Assembly: GCA_050247195.1 (NCBI GenBank)
Contig: JBFWUP010000004.1
Span: 187,522-251,521, forward strand
Length of the DNA: 64,000 nt
Direction: 5' to 3'
Origin: Candidatus Melainabacteria bacterium
Lineage (GTDB): Bacteria > Cyanobacteriota > Vampirovibrionia > Vampirovibrionales > Vampirovibrionaceae
Shown here: piece after piece, positions 18,709-27,878 of the stretch
Numbering within the stretch: position 1 is the stretch's first letter
How the letters are laid out: every line of letters starts with the position of its first letter
Program-made: the position numbers and the translations under genes
Notes under the pieces: model-generated
Seen by the model: the letters and a program-made list of their open reading frames with translations, nothing else
Database searches by the model: none
What the model was told of the DNA's origin: nothing

Positions 18709-19818
18709 TCAATCCCACCCCCGCATGGCGTCGATCACCTCCTCCTGAGAGGTCAGGCAGTAGCCCATGGTGATGCGGATATCGGAGTGACCGCATGAAC
18801 GTTGCAGGTAGTGGAGTGGCCTACCCTTGCCCGCGTTGACGGTGACAAATGACCTTCTCAGGCTGTGGGGCGTGACGGTAACGCCTGCCTTCTTACCCAG
18901 TTTGTTGAGCCGGTGGCGTAGGCCATGGCGGTCGAGGGGTTCGCCCAGCGCGTTGAAAAACAACGCCCTCCGGCTGGTGTCTGGTCTGTCCGGCAGGTAA
19001 ACCCGCAAGGCATCCACCACGGCACGGGTCAGCCCCAGCACGCGGCTTTTACCGCCTTTGCCTCTCTGGACAATCAGGGTTTGCTTTTCCAGATCAATAT
19101 CGTCCAGGGTCAGGGCGCAACACTCGGAAGCCCGCAACCCGGTTCCGGCAAGCAACACCACCAGCGCCCGATCCATCGCGCAGCCTGCCGCATTCAATAA
19201 CCCATCAATGCCGCCCTCATCCACCGAAGTCTTTTTTGGGGGGATGTGACGCCGGGGACGTAGAGACTTTCCAGTCGCCAGAAAAGAAGCATCCAACGCG
19301 CTTTCCTGAATGAGGAACTTGGCAAAGCAGATCACGGCCTCATAGAGCTTGGCCCGCTTGGCAAACATCTCCGCCGGGATACCCAGCAACGCCCTGCGTA
19401 AACTGGCCTCATCCACCTTGGCATAGTGATCCATGAACCAAACCGCGTAGAGTTTATAGGTGGCAATGGTGGCGGGGCTGAATGCCCGCCCGGTCATCAG
19501 ACCTTTGGCCATCGCCTTTTCCCATGCCTTCAGATATTCCCGATGGGGTTTGGCTGCTGCTTTCTTCTTTGCTTCCCGAACACTGGCCGCCTGCTGGGCT
19601 TCCTGCCGGACCAATTCCAACGCCGCCGGACTGATCTGATACGTGACGCTGTTTCCGTAGCGCGTTGCCATGGCGGGTAGCCTGCCGGACTCGCACCAGC
19701 GCCGGATCGTTTTGGCGGAAACTCCCAACCGGGAGCCTGCTTCTGCGACAGTTATAAAATGTCCAAGTTTTGTCCGAGTTTGGACCGAAATGTCCAAGTT
19801 TTTCGGTAAAATGTCCAA
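18709..19818 (-). CDS. Tyrosine integrase with N-terminal excisionase-type HTH
   Basis: Catalytic set TGLRASE, GKGGK, HSLRR, GHS, TMGY. N-terminal ITVAEAGSRLGVSAKTIRRWCESGRLPA. Start uncertain (TTG at 19818 or 19797). Confidence 0.9.
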   Translation of the reverse strand: MDILPKNLDISVQTRTKLGHFITVAEAGSRLGVSAKTIRRWCESGRLPAMATRYGNSVTYQISPAALELVRQEAQQAASVREAKKKAAAKPHREYLKAWEKAMAKGLMTGRAFSPATIATYKLYAVWFMDHYAKVDEASLRRALLGIPAEMFAKRAKLYEAVICFAKFLIQESALDASFLATGKSLRPRRHIPPKKTSVDEGGIDGLLNAAGCAMDRALVVLLAGTGLRASECCALTLDDIDLEKQTLIVQRGKGGKSRVLGLTRAVVDALRVYLPDRPDTSRRALFFNALGEPLDRHGLRHRLNKLGKKAGVTVTPHSLRRSFVTVNAGKGRPLHYLQRSCGHSDIRITMGYCLTSQEEVIDAMRGWD

Positions 19819-19821
19819 CTT
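19760..19821. repeat. Putative integrase arm-type sites, right end
   Basis: TGTCCAAGTT (19760), TGTCCGAGTT (19771), TGTCCAAGTT (19791), TGTCCAACTT (19812). Confidence 0.65.
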
Positions 19822-19907
19822 TTTCGAGTGGACTTTGTTTGTCTGGACAGCTTGGCGATCTGTCTGAAACCCCGATGGGACCTTGCTTTGGTCCTGAGTG
19901 TAAAGAA

Positions 19908-19981
<74 letters not shown>

Positions 19982-20130
19982 TTTCTTTCTCCTTACCGGG
20001 CAACCCCGGCCAGAGGCAGCATTCTGCCATAAACAACCCCCTACCGCAACGCGAATCAAACCAACTATTCAACATTTTGTTCACCACTCACCCTTTCATA
20101 ACGTCACATCATGCCTTATTCTGTCAAAGG

Positions 20131-20178
20131 GTGAGCCGCAACCACGCCCACAACGTGATGATCCTGGACTATCACTAA
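20131..20178 (+). pseudogene. Remnant 3' end of a HigB-type toxin gene
   Basis: Reads ...[12 protein letters not shown]-stop, matching the HigB C-terminal pattern A.DVEIVDYH, 11 nt before higA. Confidence 0.55.
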
Positions 20179-20189
20179 GCCCGTAAGGA

Positions 20190-20492
20190 ATGACCGTCAT
20201 GTCACTACCCACCCACCGCGCCCCCACCCACCCCGGCGATATTCTCCGCTATGAATTTCTGGAGCCCCTGGGTCTGACGCAGACCGCCTTTGCGCAGCAC
20301 ATCGGCTGCACGCGCGCCGCACTCAATGAAATCCTCAACGGCAAACGCGGCATCACGCCCGAGATGGCCTACAAACTGGCCGACGCCCTGCAAACCTCCG
20401 CCGAGCTGTGGATGGGCCTGCAGGCCGATTATGAACTGTGGCACGCCCAGCAAAACCACCACAGAATCCCACCCATCAAACGCGTTTCTTAA
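20190..20492 (+). CDS. higA: HigA-family antitoxin
   Basis: PTHPGDILRYEFLEPLGLTQ, NEILNGKRGITPEMA, AELWMGLQADYELW. Confidence 0.9.
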   Translation: MTVMSLPTHRAPTHPGDILRYEFLEPLGLTQTAFAQHIGCTRAALNEILNGKRGITPEMAYKLADALQTSAELWMGLQADYELWHAQQNHHRIPPIKRVS

Positions 20493-20551
20493 TGGCTGCC
20501 CTCTCCCTTCAGAGGGAGGATGGCTGAGGCAAAGCCGAAGCCGGGTGGGGG

Positions 20552-20896
20552 TTAATCCGCCTGCACCAGCACATCCCCCAGCGCCACGCCCGTTCTGGCG
20601 ATCATCCCGCCGTTCAGCTCCAGCACCACGTGCCCCCCGCGCACCCATCTGGAGACCCGCCATGGCCGCATCCGCTCCACCAGGTGCAGGACCTCACCGG
20701 TTTTACTGAGAAACACGGCGTCAAATTCAAAGCGCATCATACACGAGTGGATATCCGAGCAGGGCGCAATCCACAGCCCATACCCGTCCGGGATGCCCGG
20801 CCGCAGCATCAGGCCCTTAAAGCGCGTCCACGGGTTATCCGCCACCTCCAGCGTCTCCACCACCACCGTATTCTTCGTCTGGTTGATCACCCGCAT
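20552..20896 (-). CDS. DUF192 family protein
   Basis: EVADNPWTRFKGLM, IHSCMMRFEFDAVFL, VLELNGG. Confidence 0.85.
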   Translation of the reverse strand: MRVINQTKNTVVVETLEVADNPWTRFKGLMLRPGIPDGYGLWIAPCSDIHSCMMRFEFDAVFLSKTGEVLHLVERMRPWRVSRWVRGGHVVLELNGGMIARTGVALGDVLVQAD

Positions 20897-21259
20897 GCCG
20901 TGTCCGCCTTTCGCTCCCACAAACCGCTTACCCCCATTATAGGACAGCTTGACACTTTGGCGGCGCGTGTGAAACCCACGCCCTGCGGCAAAACCGGCGC
21001 GGCATTAACCCATGGGTGTACACCAAACAACGGAGAAAACCGCCGCAAATATCGACCCTTCTGATGATGAGCGGTCATGGGCCCCTCGGGTATGATGAGG
21101 ACATCGAATGCAATCCAGCATTCAATCAGACGAGGTCATTCTGCTTTCCCACCGTGGATTCATCGGGCCGGCAGATTACAGACACCGGATGAGACAGTGG
21201 TTTACAACACTTGTGGAACAAGCGGTGACAATGGAGAGCGGTAGGAGGCTTTAAGCACC

Positions 21260-21976
21260 ATGAGAAGATTACATTCCGACATTCGTGTTTTTATCGTGGA
21301 TGACAACACGAACCACAGCAACGGCATCAAGCAACTGCTCGAGCTGCAATCCAACTTCACCGTCGCCGGCATTGCCAGCAACGGCGAAGAGGCCCTCAAG
21401 CGCATTGCCGAAGTGGATGCCGACGTGGTGCTGATGGACATGAACATGCCCGAGATGGACGGCGTTTCCGTCATCCAGCAGGTGCTGTCCACCAAGCCCA
21501 GTCTCAAAATTCTGGCCCTCACCGGCTACGATGATCCCGACCTCATCTTCCGCGCCATGCGCGGCGGCGCCAAGGGTTACATCCTGAAAACCATGGTGAC
21601 CAGCCAGCTGATGAACGCCATCGACGAGATTCTGAACGAAAAGGTGTACCTGCCCCCCACGCTGGCCACCAAGTTCTTTGACGAGTTTCAGTCCAAGGCC
21701 GCCAAAAGCGGTCGTCCCGACCCGGCCAAGAAAGCCCTGCTGAACTACCTGACCAACCGTGAGAAGGAAGTGCTGGTGCTGCTGACCGAAGGCGTGACCT
21801 ACAAGGGCGTGGCCGACAAGCTGGTGATCAGCGAGACGACCGTGAAAACCCACGTCAACAACATCTTCCAGAAACTCCAGGTGAACGACCGCACGCAGGC
21901 CGTGCTGTACGCCCTGAAGTACGGTTTGGTGGAACCTTCTTCCGGCGGCTCCGAAGCGATTCAGGCTGCTGTATAA
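21260..21976 (+). CDS. NarL/DegU-family response regulator
   Basis: REC (IVDD, VLMDMNMP, GYILK) plus LuxR HTH (LTNREKEVL...TVKTHVNNIFQKL). Confidence 0.95.
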   Translation: MRRLHSDIRVFIVDDNTNHSNGIKQLLELQSNFTVAGIASNGEEALKRIAEVDADVVLMDMNMPEMDGVSVIQQVLSTKPSLKILALTGYDDPDLIFRAMRGGAKGYILKTMVTSQLMNAIDEILNEKVYLPPTLATKFFDEFQSKAAKSGRPDPAKKALLNYLTNREKEVLVLLTEGVTYKGVADKLVISETTVKTHVNNIFQKLQVNDRTQAVLYALKYGLVEPSSGGSEAIQAAV

Positions 21977-22042
21977 TAAAGCCTGTGAGGTTCATCAGGG
22001 CAGCCGTCATTTAAAACGGTTTCCCCGACCAGGCGAAGGTAT

Positions 22043-23452
22043 ATGACCACCGTGGCATCCCAATCCAAACCGGCTGCACGCCGATCCAGAAAACCGGCCG
22101 AAAAGGCCGTGGACGATGCCCCGACCCCCACAACACCGCTCACCCTGCAACTGGATGGCCTTTTCGGCCATCTCAGTTGCGTTTCGGGCCTCTACGCCAA
22201 AGAGACCTTTCTGAGTCTCTACAGTTGCGTGGCCCGCATGCTGCGTGATCACCCCATGCGCGGCGTGGTGCTCAGCAAAACCAACGGCGATCCCGACTTT
22301 GAGACGGTCGCCGCCGCCGTGGAGAATCTGCGGGACATTCCCCTCCACCGCTTTGAGGCCGACGGGCGCCTGCAGCATGCCGACACCCCCGTCGCCGCCG
22401 ACGCGCTGCCGCACACGATGGGTTTTCTGCTGGTCCTGACCGACCGGCTGTGCGCCATGCTCTACTGGACGAGCAAGACCGACGCGACCTATAAACTGTA
22501 TGAAGGCGGGTGGACTTTTCACCCCGGCGACACCAAAACCGCCGCCAGCCACCTGTGTCAGCAACTGGGCCTGAGTGACCTTGGTGCGCTCCTGGAAGCC
22601 ACGGCGATTGACCGCCGCTATGACGACAAACTCAACCTGATCGTTTCGGCCATGGTCAACGGCCTGGAGAACCGCAACCGCCAGCTGACCGTCGCCCTGG
22701 ACCAGGTGAAACAGCTGAACACCCAGATGGTGGAAACCGAACGGCTGGCCGCCATCGGGCAACTGTCCTCGGTCATCGCGCACGAGATCCGCAACCCCCT
22801 CGGCCTGATTGACCTCTACGCCAAGCTGGTGGAAAGCCAGGTCAGCGTGTGGCAGGAAAAACCGGACACCTTCAACGCCGAAGCCGTGCAACCGCATCTC
22901 AGTCAGATTCGTCAGGCCACCAGCCACCTGGAAACCATTCTGTCGGAACTCACCCAGTACGCCCGCCCCCTCACCCTCAACACCGGCGAAGTCGATCTGA
23001 TCGAATTTGTCCGGGGCATTGGGCAATTCTACACACCTAAGTTTGAAGAGAACGGCGTCACCCTGGAACTCCCGGAACCCGCCGAGCCACTGATGATGAC
23101 GCTGGATGCCGACCGGATCCGCCAGTCGCTGATCAACCTGCTGAAAAACGCCCTGGAGGCTTCTACCGCAGGAAGCACCGTGCGTGTGCAGATTGCCAGC
23201 CGCCAGGATGACGACCGGGTGTTCATCCGGGTGGCCGACCAGGGGACCGGCATTGACCCGGCCAGCCGCAAAAAACTGTTTACGCCGTATTTCTCCACCA
23301 AGGGCGCCCAGGGCACCGGCCTGGGGTTGGCCCACAGCCGTAAAATCCTCCTGGCGCACGGGGGCAACGTGGAACTTTTAACCAGCAAACCGGGTCATGG
23401 GAGTGTATTCGCCCTCATCCTTCCAAAAACCCCGCTGCAGCCGGCTTCCTGA
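22043..23452 (+). CDS. Sensor histidine kinase
   Basis: AHEIRNPL, NLLKNALEA, DQGTGI, PYFSTK, GTGLGL. Soluble N-terminal domain weakly reminiscent of cyanobacterial DICT-type sensors. Confidence 0.9.
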   Translation: MTTVASQSKPAARRSRKPAEKAVDDAPTPTTPLTLQLDGLFGHLSCVSGLYAKETFLSLYSCVARMLRDHPMRGVVLSKTNGDPDFETVAAAVENLRDIPLHRFEADGRLQHADTPVAADALPHTMGFLLVLTDRLCAMLYWTSKTDATYKLYEGGWTFHPGDTKTAASHLCQQLGLSDLGALLEATAIDRRYDDKLNLIVSAMVNGLENRNRQLTVALDQVKQLNTQMVETERLAAIGQLSSVIAHEIRNPLGLIDLYAKLVESQVSVWQEKPDTFNAEAVQPHLSQIRQATSHLETILSELTQYARPLTLNTGEVDLIEFVRGIGQFYTPKFEENGVTLELPEPAEPLMMTLDADRIRQSLINLLKNALEASTAGSTVRVQIASRQDDDRVFIRVADQGTGIDPASRKKLFTPYFSTKGAQGTGLGLAHSRKILLAHGGNVELLTSKPGHGSVFALILPKTPLQPAS

Positions 23453-23566
23453 GGTCCTGATCCGATGTCCGCACGCCCGCAACAGCGTTTTCAATCCGCC
23501 CATGCCCCGAAAGGGCCGGCCGGCCTGAGCACGGAAGGCTGTCAACGCCGGAGGCCCCGTCCTGTG

Positions 23567-24550
23567 ATGTCCCGCATTCGTCTGGCTTTGTTCCGCATCC
23601 TGTTGTTGCTGCTCACGCTCAGCACCGTCATGGTCGGCCTCTGGAAGGTGATTCCCATTCTGCATGCTGAAGAAACGGGCGAGGACGCTTATGAGGACGT
23701 TGAAATCCCCGTCTCCAACGGCCTGCTGATGCAGGGCCGGCTGTATGACCCAACGATGCAGGATGAAACGCTTGCCGACAAGGACCCGCTGGGCGAATAC
23801 CCGCTGGTCATTCTGCTGCACAGCCTGAACGGCAGCGGTGCGGACTGGCACCGCTTTGCCCTGGGGCTGGCCAAAAAAGGGTACGCTGTGTATGCCCCGG
23901 ACCTGCGCGGGCACGGGCAGAGCACCAAAGATGACCGGGGGCGCCGCTATTACTGGCGCACTTTTAAGGACAAAGACTGGCAACTGATGCCCCGGGACGT
24001 TTTGTCGGTCATCCGCTACTTCAGTAAGGGCGAGGACGGGGATTACCCGCAAGTCAACGGTAAAAAAACCGCCCTGATGGGGGCTCAGCTGGGCGCCAAT
24101 ATTGCCGTGCTGGCCGCAGCCAGGGACAGCGAGCTGTCCAACTCGGTGAAGGCCGTTATACTGCTCTCTCCCTCACTCTCCAGCAAGGGTCTGGAGACCC
24201 AGAAAGCCTTTATTGCCTACCACGGGCCGGTTTTCCTGTCGGCCAGCCAGCGGGACATCAACTCGCTGGAAGCCACCCAAATGATGTACCGGTGGGCGCT
24301 GGGAGCCAAGGAAATCCGCCTTTACAAGGATATCGGCGACGGTATCGACATGCTCCGGCTGGAACCCAGCCTGCCGCGGTTTATTACCGCCTGGACCGAG
24401 AAATACTTCCCGGGCCATACGCTTGCCCCCGAGCCAAAACCTGACAGCAAAGCCGAGCTGACCCATCCGGCAGCGGAGACCGGCAAACACGCTGTCATTC
24501 ATACCCCGGCAGCCTCCCAGGCGTCGGGCGGCCGCGCTGGCGGGCATTAA
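23567..24550 (+). CDS. Membrane-anchored alpha/beta-hydrolase-fold protein (apparently non-catalytic)
   Basis: N-terminal TM, ILLH, APDLRGHGQS. The nucleophile elbow reads GAQLG. Confidence 0.75.
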   Translation: MSRIRLALFRILLLLLTLSTVMVGLWKVIPILHAEETGEDAYEDVEIPVSNGLLMQGRLYDPTMQDETLADKDPLGEYPLVILLHSLNGSGADWHRFALGLAKKGYAVYAPDLRGHGQSTKDDRGRRYYWRTFKDKDWQLMPRDVLSVIRYFSKGEDGDYPQVNGKKTALMGAQLGANIAVLAAARDSELSNSVKAVILLSPSLSSKGLETQKAFIAYHGPVFLSASQRDINSLEATQMMYRWALGAKEIRLYKDIGDGIDMLRLEPSLPRFITAWTEKYFPGHTLAPEPKPDSKAELTHPAAETGKHAVIHTPAASQASGGRAGGH

Positions 24551-24616
24551 GCCCAATAAACCAGGCTCCTTCCCCCGGTGGATATAGCCCGCCGGGTCGG
24601 CAGCCGATAACCGGGT

Positions 24617-25063
24617 ATGCCCCCCTTACCCGCCATTCTCAGCCTGGAAGCCCAGGTCGCCCAGAGTGTCCGCGACATGGACCGATACCTGCGGGACCGG
24701 GAATACCTGGCCATGATGGGCTTTACGGGCGCCAATCAGGTGCTGGCCATTATTCAGACCTTTAATGAGCAGGTTGCCGAATACCATACCCGGCGCTTTG
24801 ACGTGGATGCGGGGGATCTGAAATCGCTGGAACGGGCCATACTGGCGGGCTGCCGGTTAAGCGCCGACCTGATGGAAAGCCTGCAGGAGCGGCTGATGGA
24901 TACCATTCAGCAGGGGGAAAGTGACATTGAGCGCCTTCACGTCCGGCTCCGCGAGCAGGTCAAAGCCCGGCATCAGGCTGTGATGGTGATGCAGAAGGTT
25001 CAGTCGGCACGGCAGGCCATCCAGCAGTCCGGTGAGGGCCTGGGTCTCGGGGTGATTCTTTAA
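24617..25063 (+). CDS. Hypothetical helical/coiled-coil protein
   Basis: 148 aa ORF with host-like composition. GCCGATAA ends 6 nt upstream of the ATG. Confidence 0.6.
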   Translation: MPPLPAILSLEAQVAQSVRDMDRYLRDREYLAMMGFTGANQVLAIIQTFNEQVAEYHTRRFDVDAGDLKSLERAILAGCRLSADLMESLQERLMDTIQQGESDIERLHVRLREQVKARHQAVMVMQKVQSARQAIQQSGEGLGLGVIL

Positions 25064-25158
25064 GTTTCTGGATGGTTGGGTTGGGTGAAAAATTGGGACT
25101 TTTTGTTGTCCTGAGCGGTTTTCTGGCAAAAACGCTTCAAGGATAGGCAATTTATATC

Positions 25159-25183
25159 CTTAAAATGTTTTTATTATTTTAAG
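25159..25183. promoter_or_regulatory. AT-rich inverted repeat, candidate regulator site
   Basis: CTTAAAAT-N9-ATTTTAAG upstream of the repeat protein gene. Confidence 0.35.
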
Positions 25184-25260
25184 ATTTAAACAGGACGGGT
25201 CACCGTTCTGTCCCTCCCATTTTTCCCGACTAGGCTGAAAAACTGAATAAGGAGCACACT

Positions 25261-26958
25261 ATGCTGGGGTTTAATCCGTTTCAGAGTTCCATTGGCGCAC
25301 AAAGTTTCTTCCAACCTGCTGTCACCCAAACGTCGCTGGCGCCGCAGAATAATCTTTTTGCCACGCAGAGCGCCGCTCAGCCGGCCCAGACCTTTGGTAT
25401 CCAGGGTTCTCCCTTTGGCCAGGGCAACATGATGCAGATGATGATGCAAATGATCATGATGATGATCATGATGATGATGACCTCTGTTATGGGTAACCGG
25501 TATAACCCGGCCGCTGCAACCGGCAACACGGGTGGTACTGGGAATACTGGGAATACTGGGAATACCGGCAACACCGGAAATACTGGAAATACCGGAAATA
25601 CGGGTAATACCGGCAACACGGGTGGCGCCGGAAACAGCACTGAAGCCAGCGACGCAACCGGCAATGCCGGTGATGCTGCCAACTCCGGCAATGCCGGCGG
25701 GGCACAGAACAACAACAATTGCGCCAACGGCAACAACAACGCCGGTAACAATGCAGGCGATGATGCCGCCGGAAATGCCGGTGATGATGCCGCCAATGCC
25801 GGAAACTCCGGTGGTCTCTATGGCACCGATGATGCTGGTAACGCCGGCGATGACGCCACGACTGACCCCTACGCCGAAGACCCCGTTGTTGATGACCCCT
25901 ACACCGACGGCACCGACGGCTCCGGCGACGCTGGCGATGACGCCACCACCGATCCCTACGCCGAAGACCCCGTCGTTGATGACCCCTACACCGACGGCAC
26001 CGACGGCTCCGGCGACGCTGGCGATGACGCCACCACCGATCCCTACGCTGAGGATCCGGTCGTTCCTGATCCTCCCGTCTACAACGGCGGTTCCACAACC
26101 GATCCCTATCCTGAAAATCCGGTCGTTCCTGATCCTCCCGTCTACAACGGCGGTTCCACAACCGATCCCTATCCTGAAAATCCGGTCGTTCCTGATCCTC
26201 CCGTCTACAACGGCGGTTCCACAACCGATCCCTATCCTGAAAATCCGGTCGTTCCTGATCCTCCCGTCTACAACGGCGGCAACGAAGGCGGCTACTGGGG
26301 TGACCCCCACTTCACCGGCTTTGACGGCGAGAAGTATGACGTCCACGGTGTGGCCGGCAATACCTACAACATTCTGAGCGACAAAGACGTACAGTACAAC
26401 GCCCGCTTTGACGCCTGGGGCAACCAGGGCGCCACAGCCATCGGCCAGGCCGGTATCCGCGTCGGCAGCGACATGCTGGTATTTGACGCCAAGACCGGCG
26501 TGGCCTCACTCAACAGCCAGACACTGAAAACCGGTGATAAAGCAGCCCTCTCGGCAGCCGGCTCCAGTTTTGCCTTCAACGGCAACAACCTGAACGTGGT
26601 GACCAGCGAATACACCATCGACCTGACCCGTGAAAACAACGACCATTTTCAAAGCAATGTCATCCTGAACGGGAACCCACTGGCCGATGGCGTTAACCCG
26701 CACGGCATTCTTGGCCAGACGGCTGACGGCAACGGCGTCGCCCGCGACGGCAACGGCTGGTTCCACGAGAATGGTCTGGTTGCCGCCAAGGAACAGGGCG
26801 GCGGCGTCCTGGACAAAGTCAACGCAGACGGTAGCATCACCACCGCTGCCAAGGATGACAGCACCGTCTCGGCACAGTATCAGGTCAGCAGTATCGACAG
26901 CCTGAGCACCATCGATGCCGCCGGTCAGCAGTTCATCAAGTTTGCCGCCACGGCATAA
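25261..26958 (+). CDS. Low-complexity repeat protein with C-terminal VWD-like domain
   Basis: AAGGAG RBS, poly-Met tract, GNT repeats, 29-aa and 21-aa repeats, then WGDPHFTGFDGEKYD...YNILSD...PHGILGQT. Confidence 0.8.
   Translation: MLGFNPFQSSIGAQSFFQPAVTQTSLAPQNNLFATQSAAQPAQTFGIQGSPFGQGNMMQMMMQMIMMMIMMMMTSVMGNRYNPAAATGNTGGTGNTGNTGNTGNTGNTGNTGNTGNTGNTGGAGNSTEASDATGNAGDAANSGNAGGAQNNNNCANGNNNAGNNAGDDAAGNAGDDAANAGNSGGLYGTDDAGNAGDDATTDPYAEDPVVDDPYTDGTDGSGDAGDDATTDPYAEDPVVDDPYTDGTDGSGDAGDDATTDPYAEDPVVPDPPVYNGGSTTDPYPENPVVPDPPVYNGGSTTDPYPENPVVPDPPVYNGGSTTDPYPENPVVPDPPVYNGGNEGGYWGDPHFTGFDGEKYDVHGVAGNTYNILSDKDVQYNARFDAWGNQGATAIGQAGIRVGSDMLVFDAKTGVASLNSQTLKTGDKAALSAAGSSFAFNGNNLNVVTSEYTIDLTRENNDHFQSNVILNGNPLADGVNPHGILGQTADGNGVARDGNGWFHENGLVAAKEQGGGVLDKVNADGSITTAAKDDSTVSAQYQVSSIDSLSTIDAAGQQFIKFAATA
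25846..26279 (+). repeat. Coding tandem repeats (87 bp x ~2.5, then 63 bp x ~3.5)
   Basis: GGCGATGACGCC recurs at 25846, 25933 and 26020. The 63-bp unit is essentially perfect from about 26054 to 26279. Confidence 0.95.
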
Positions 26959-26987
26959 CCACCAGTCCCCTGAAAATCACACGATAC

Positions 26988-27020
26988 AGAACCCACTGGC
27001 ATCAACAGCCGGTGGGTTCT
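26988..27020. terminator. Hairpin between convergent genes
   Basis: AGAACCCACTGGC-N7-GCCGGTGGGTTCT. Confidence 0.65.
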
Positions 27021-27025
27021 CTGCG

Positions 27026-27841
27026 TTAATCCAGATCCAGCTGCGTGGGCAGACCCGGCTGGATGTGCGCCAGGGGTAAGCGCCTGGCCACCCGCAAAAA
27101 ATGATCCGGCGGACCGCTCACGAAATAATCCACCTGCCCCGCACCGTCTGTTCTCAGGGAATGCTGGCTTTTCAGGAGTTGATGCACCCGGTGCGCCATG
27201 GGAATGGCCGGATCCAGAACCCGTACCGAGGGCGACAGAATATTGGCGATCTGCTGGCGGGCAAACGGATAGTGTGTGCAACCCAAAACCAGCGCATCCA
27301 TCTGCCATTCCTGTAACGGTGACAGCGACTCCTGAATCAGGAACTCAGAGACCGGACCATCCGACTCGCCCTGTTCAATCATATACGCCAGACCCGGACA
27401 GGCGCTTTGCTCCATTTTTTTTTGCGGATGCAACTGGTGAAGGATCCGCGGATAACTTTCCGACATCACCGTGGCCGTCGTGGCCATCACGCCAATCCGC
27501 CGGACCGCATCGTCATGGGCAATCTGATGACAGACGGCCGTGATCGGATCGACCACCGGCACGGTGATTTCATGCGGCACCACCAGAGACGCCGTATTAC
27601 AGGCCACCACCAGCAGCTTCACCTGTTTCTGGTGCACCAGCCAGGTGGTAATGCGCCGCACCAGGATGGACAACTCGGTCAGATGCTTCTGCCCGTAGGG
27701 CATGTTGGCCGTATCGCCGAAGTACACAAAATGTTCATGGGGCATCATCTCCACGAGGTGATCCAACACGGACAGACCACCCACCCCGGAGTCAAACACG
27801 CCTATCGGGGCCTGGGTATTAGGGGTATCAGGTTCAGGCAC
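27026..27841 (-). CDS. murI: Glutamate racemase
   Basis: IGVFDSGVGGLSV, YFGDTANMPYG, VVACNTAS, VLGCTHYP. Confidence 0.95.
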   Translation of the reverse strand: MPEPDTPNTQAPIGVFDSGVGGLSVLDHLVEMMPHEHFVYFGDTANMPYGQKHLTELSILVRRITTWLVHQKQVKLLVVACNTASLVVPHEITVPVVDPITAVCHQIAHDDAVRRIGVMATTATVMSESYPRILHQLHPQKKMEQSACPGLAYMIEQGESDGPVSEFLIQESLSPLQEWQMDALVLGCTHYPFARQQIANILSPSVRVLDPAIPMAHRVHQLLKSQHSLRTDGAGQVDYFVSGPPDHFLRVARRLPLAHIQPGLPTQLDLD

Positions 27842-27878
27842 TCTCAGAATCCTTCAGGCAAAGCACATTGGCGGGGCA

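Noticed and set aside
25846-26279. Possible CRISPR array
   Set aside because: Units are contiguous in-frame tandem repeats (87 and 63 bp) with no unique spacers and no cas genes nearby.
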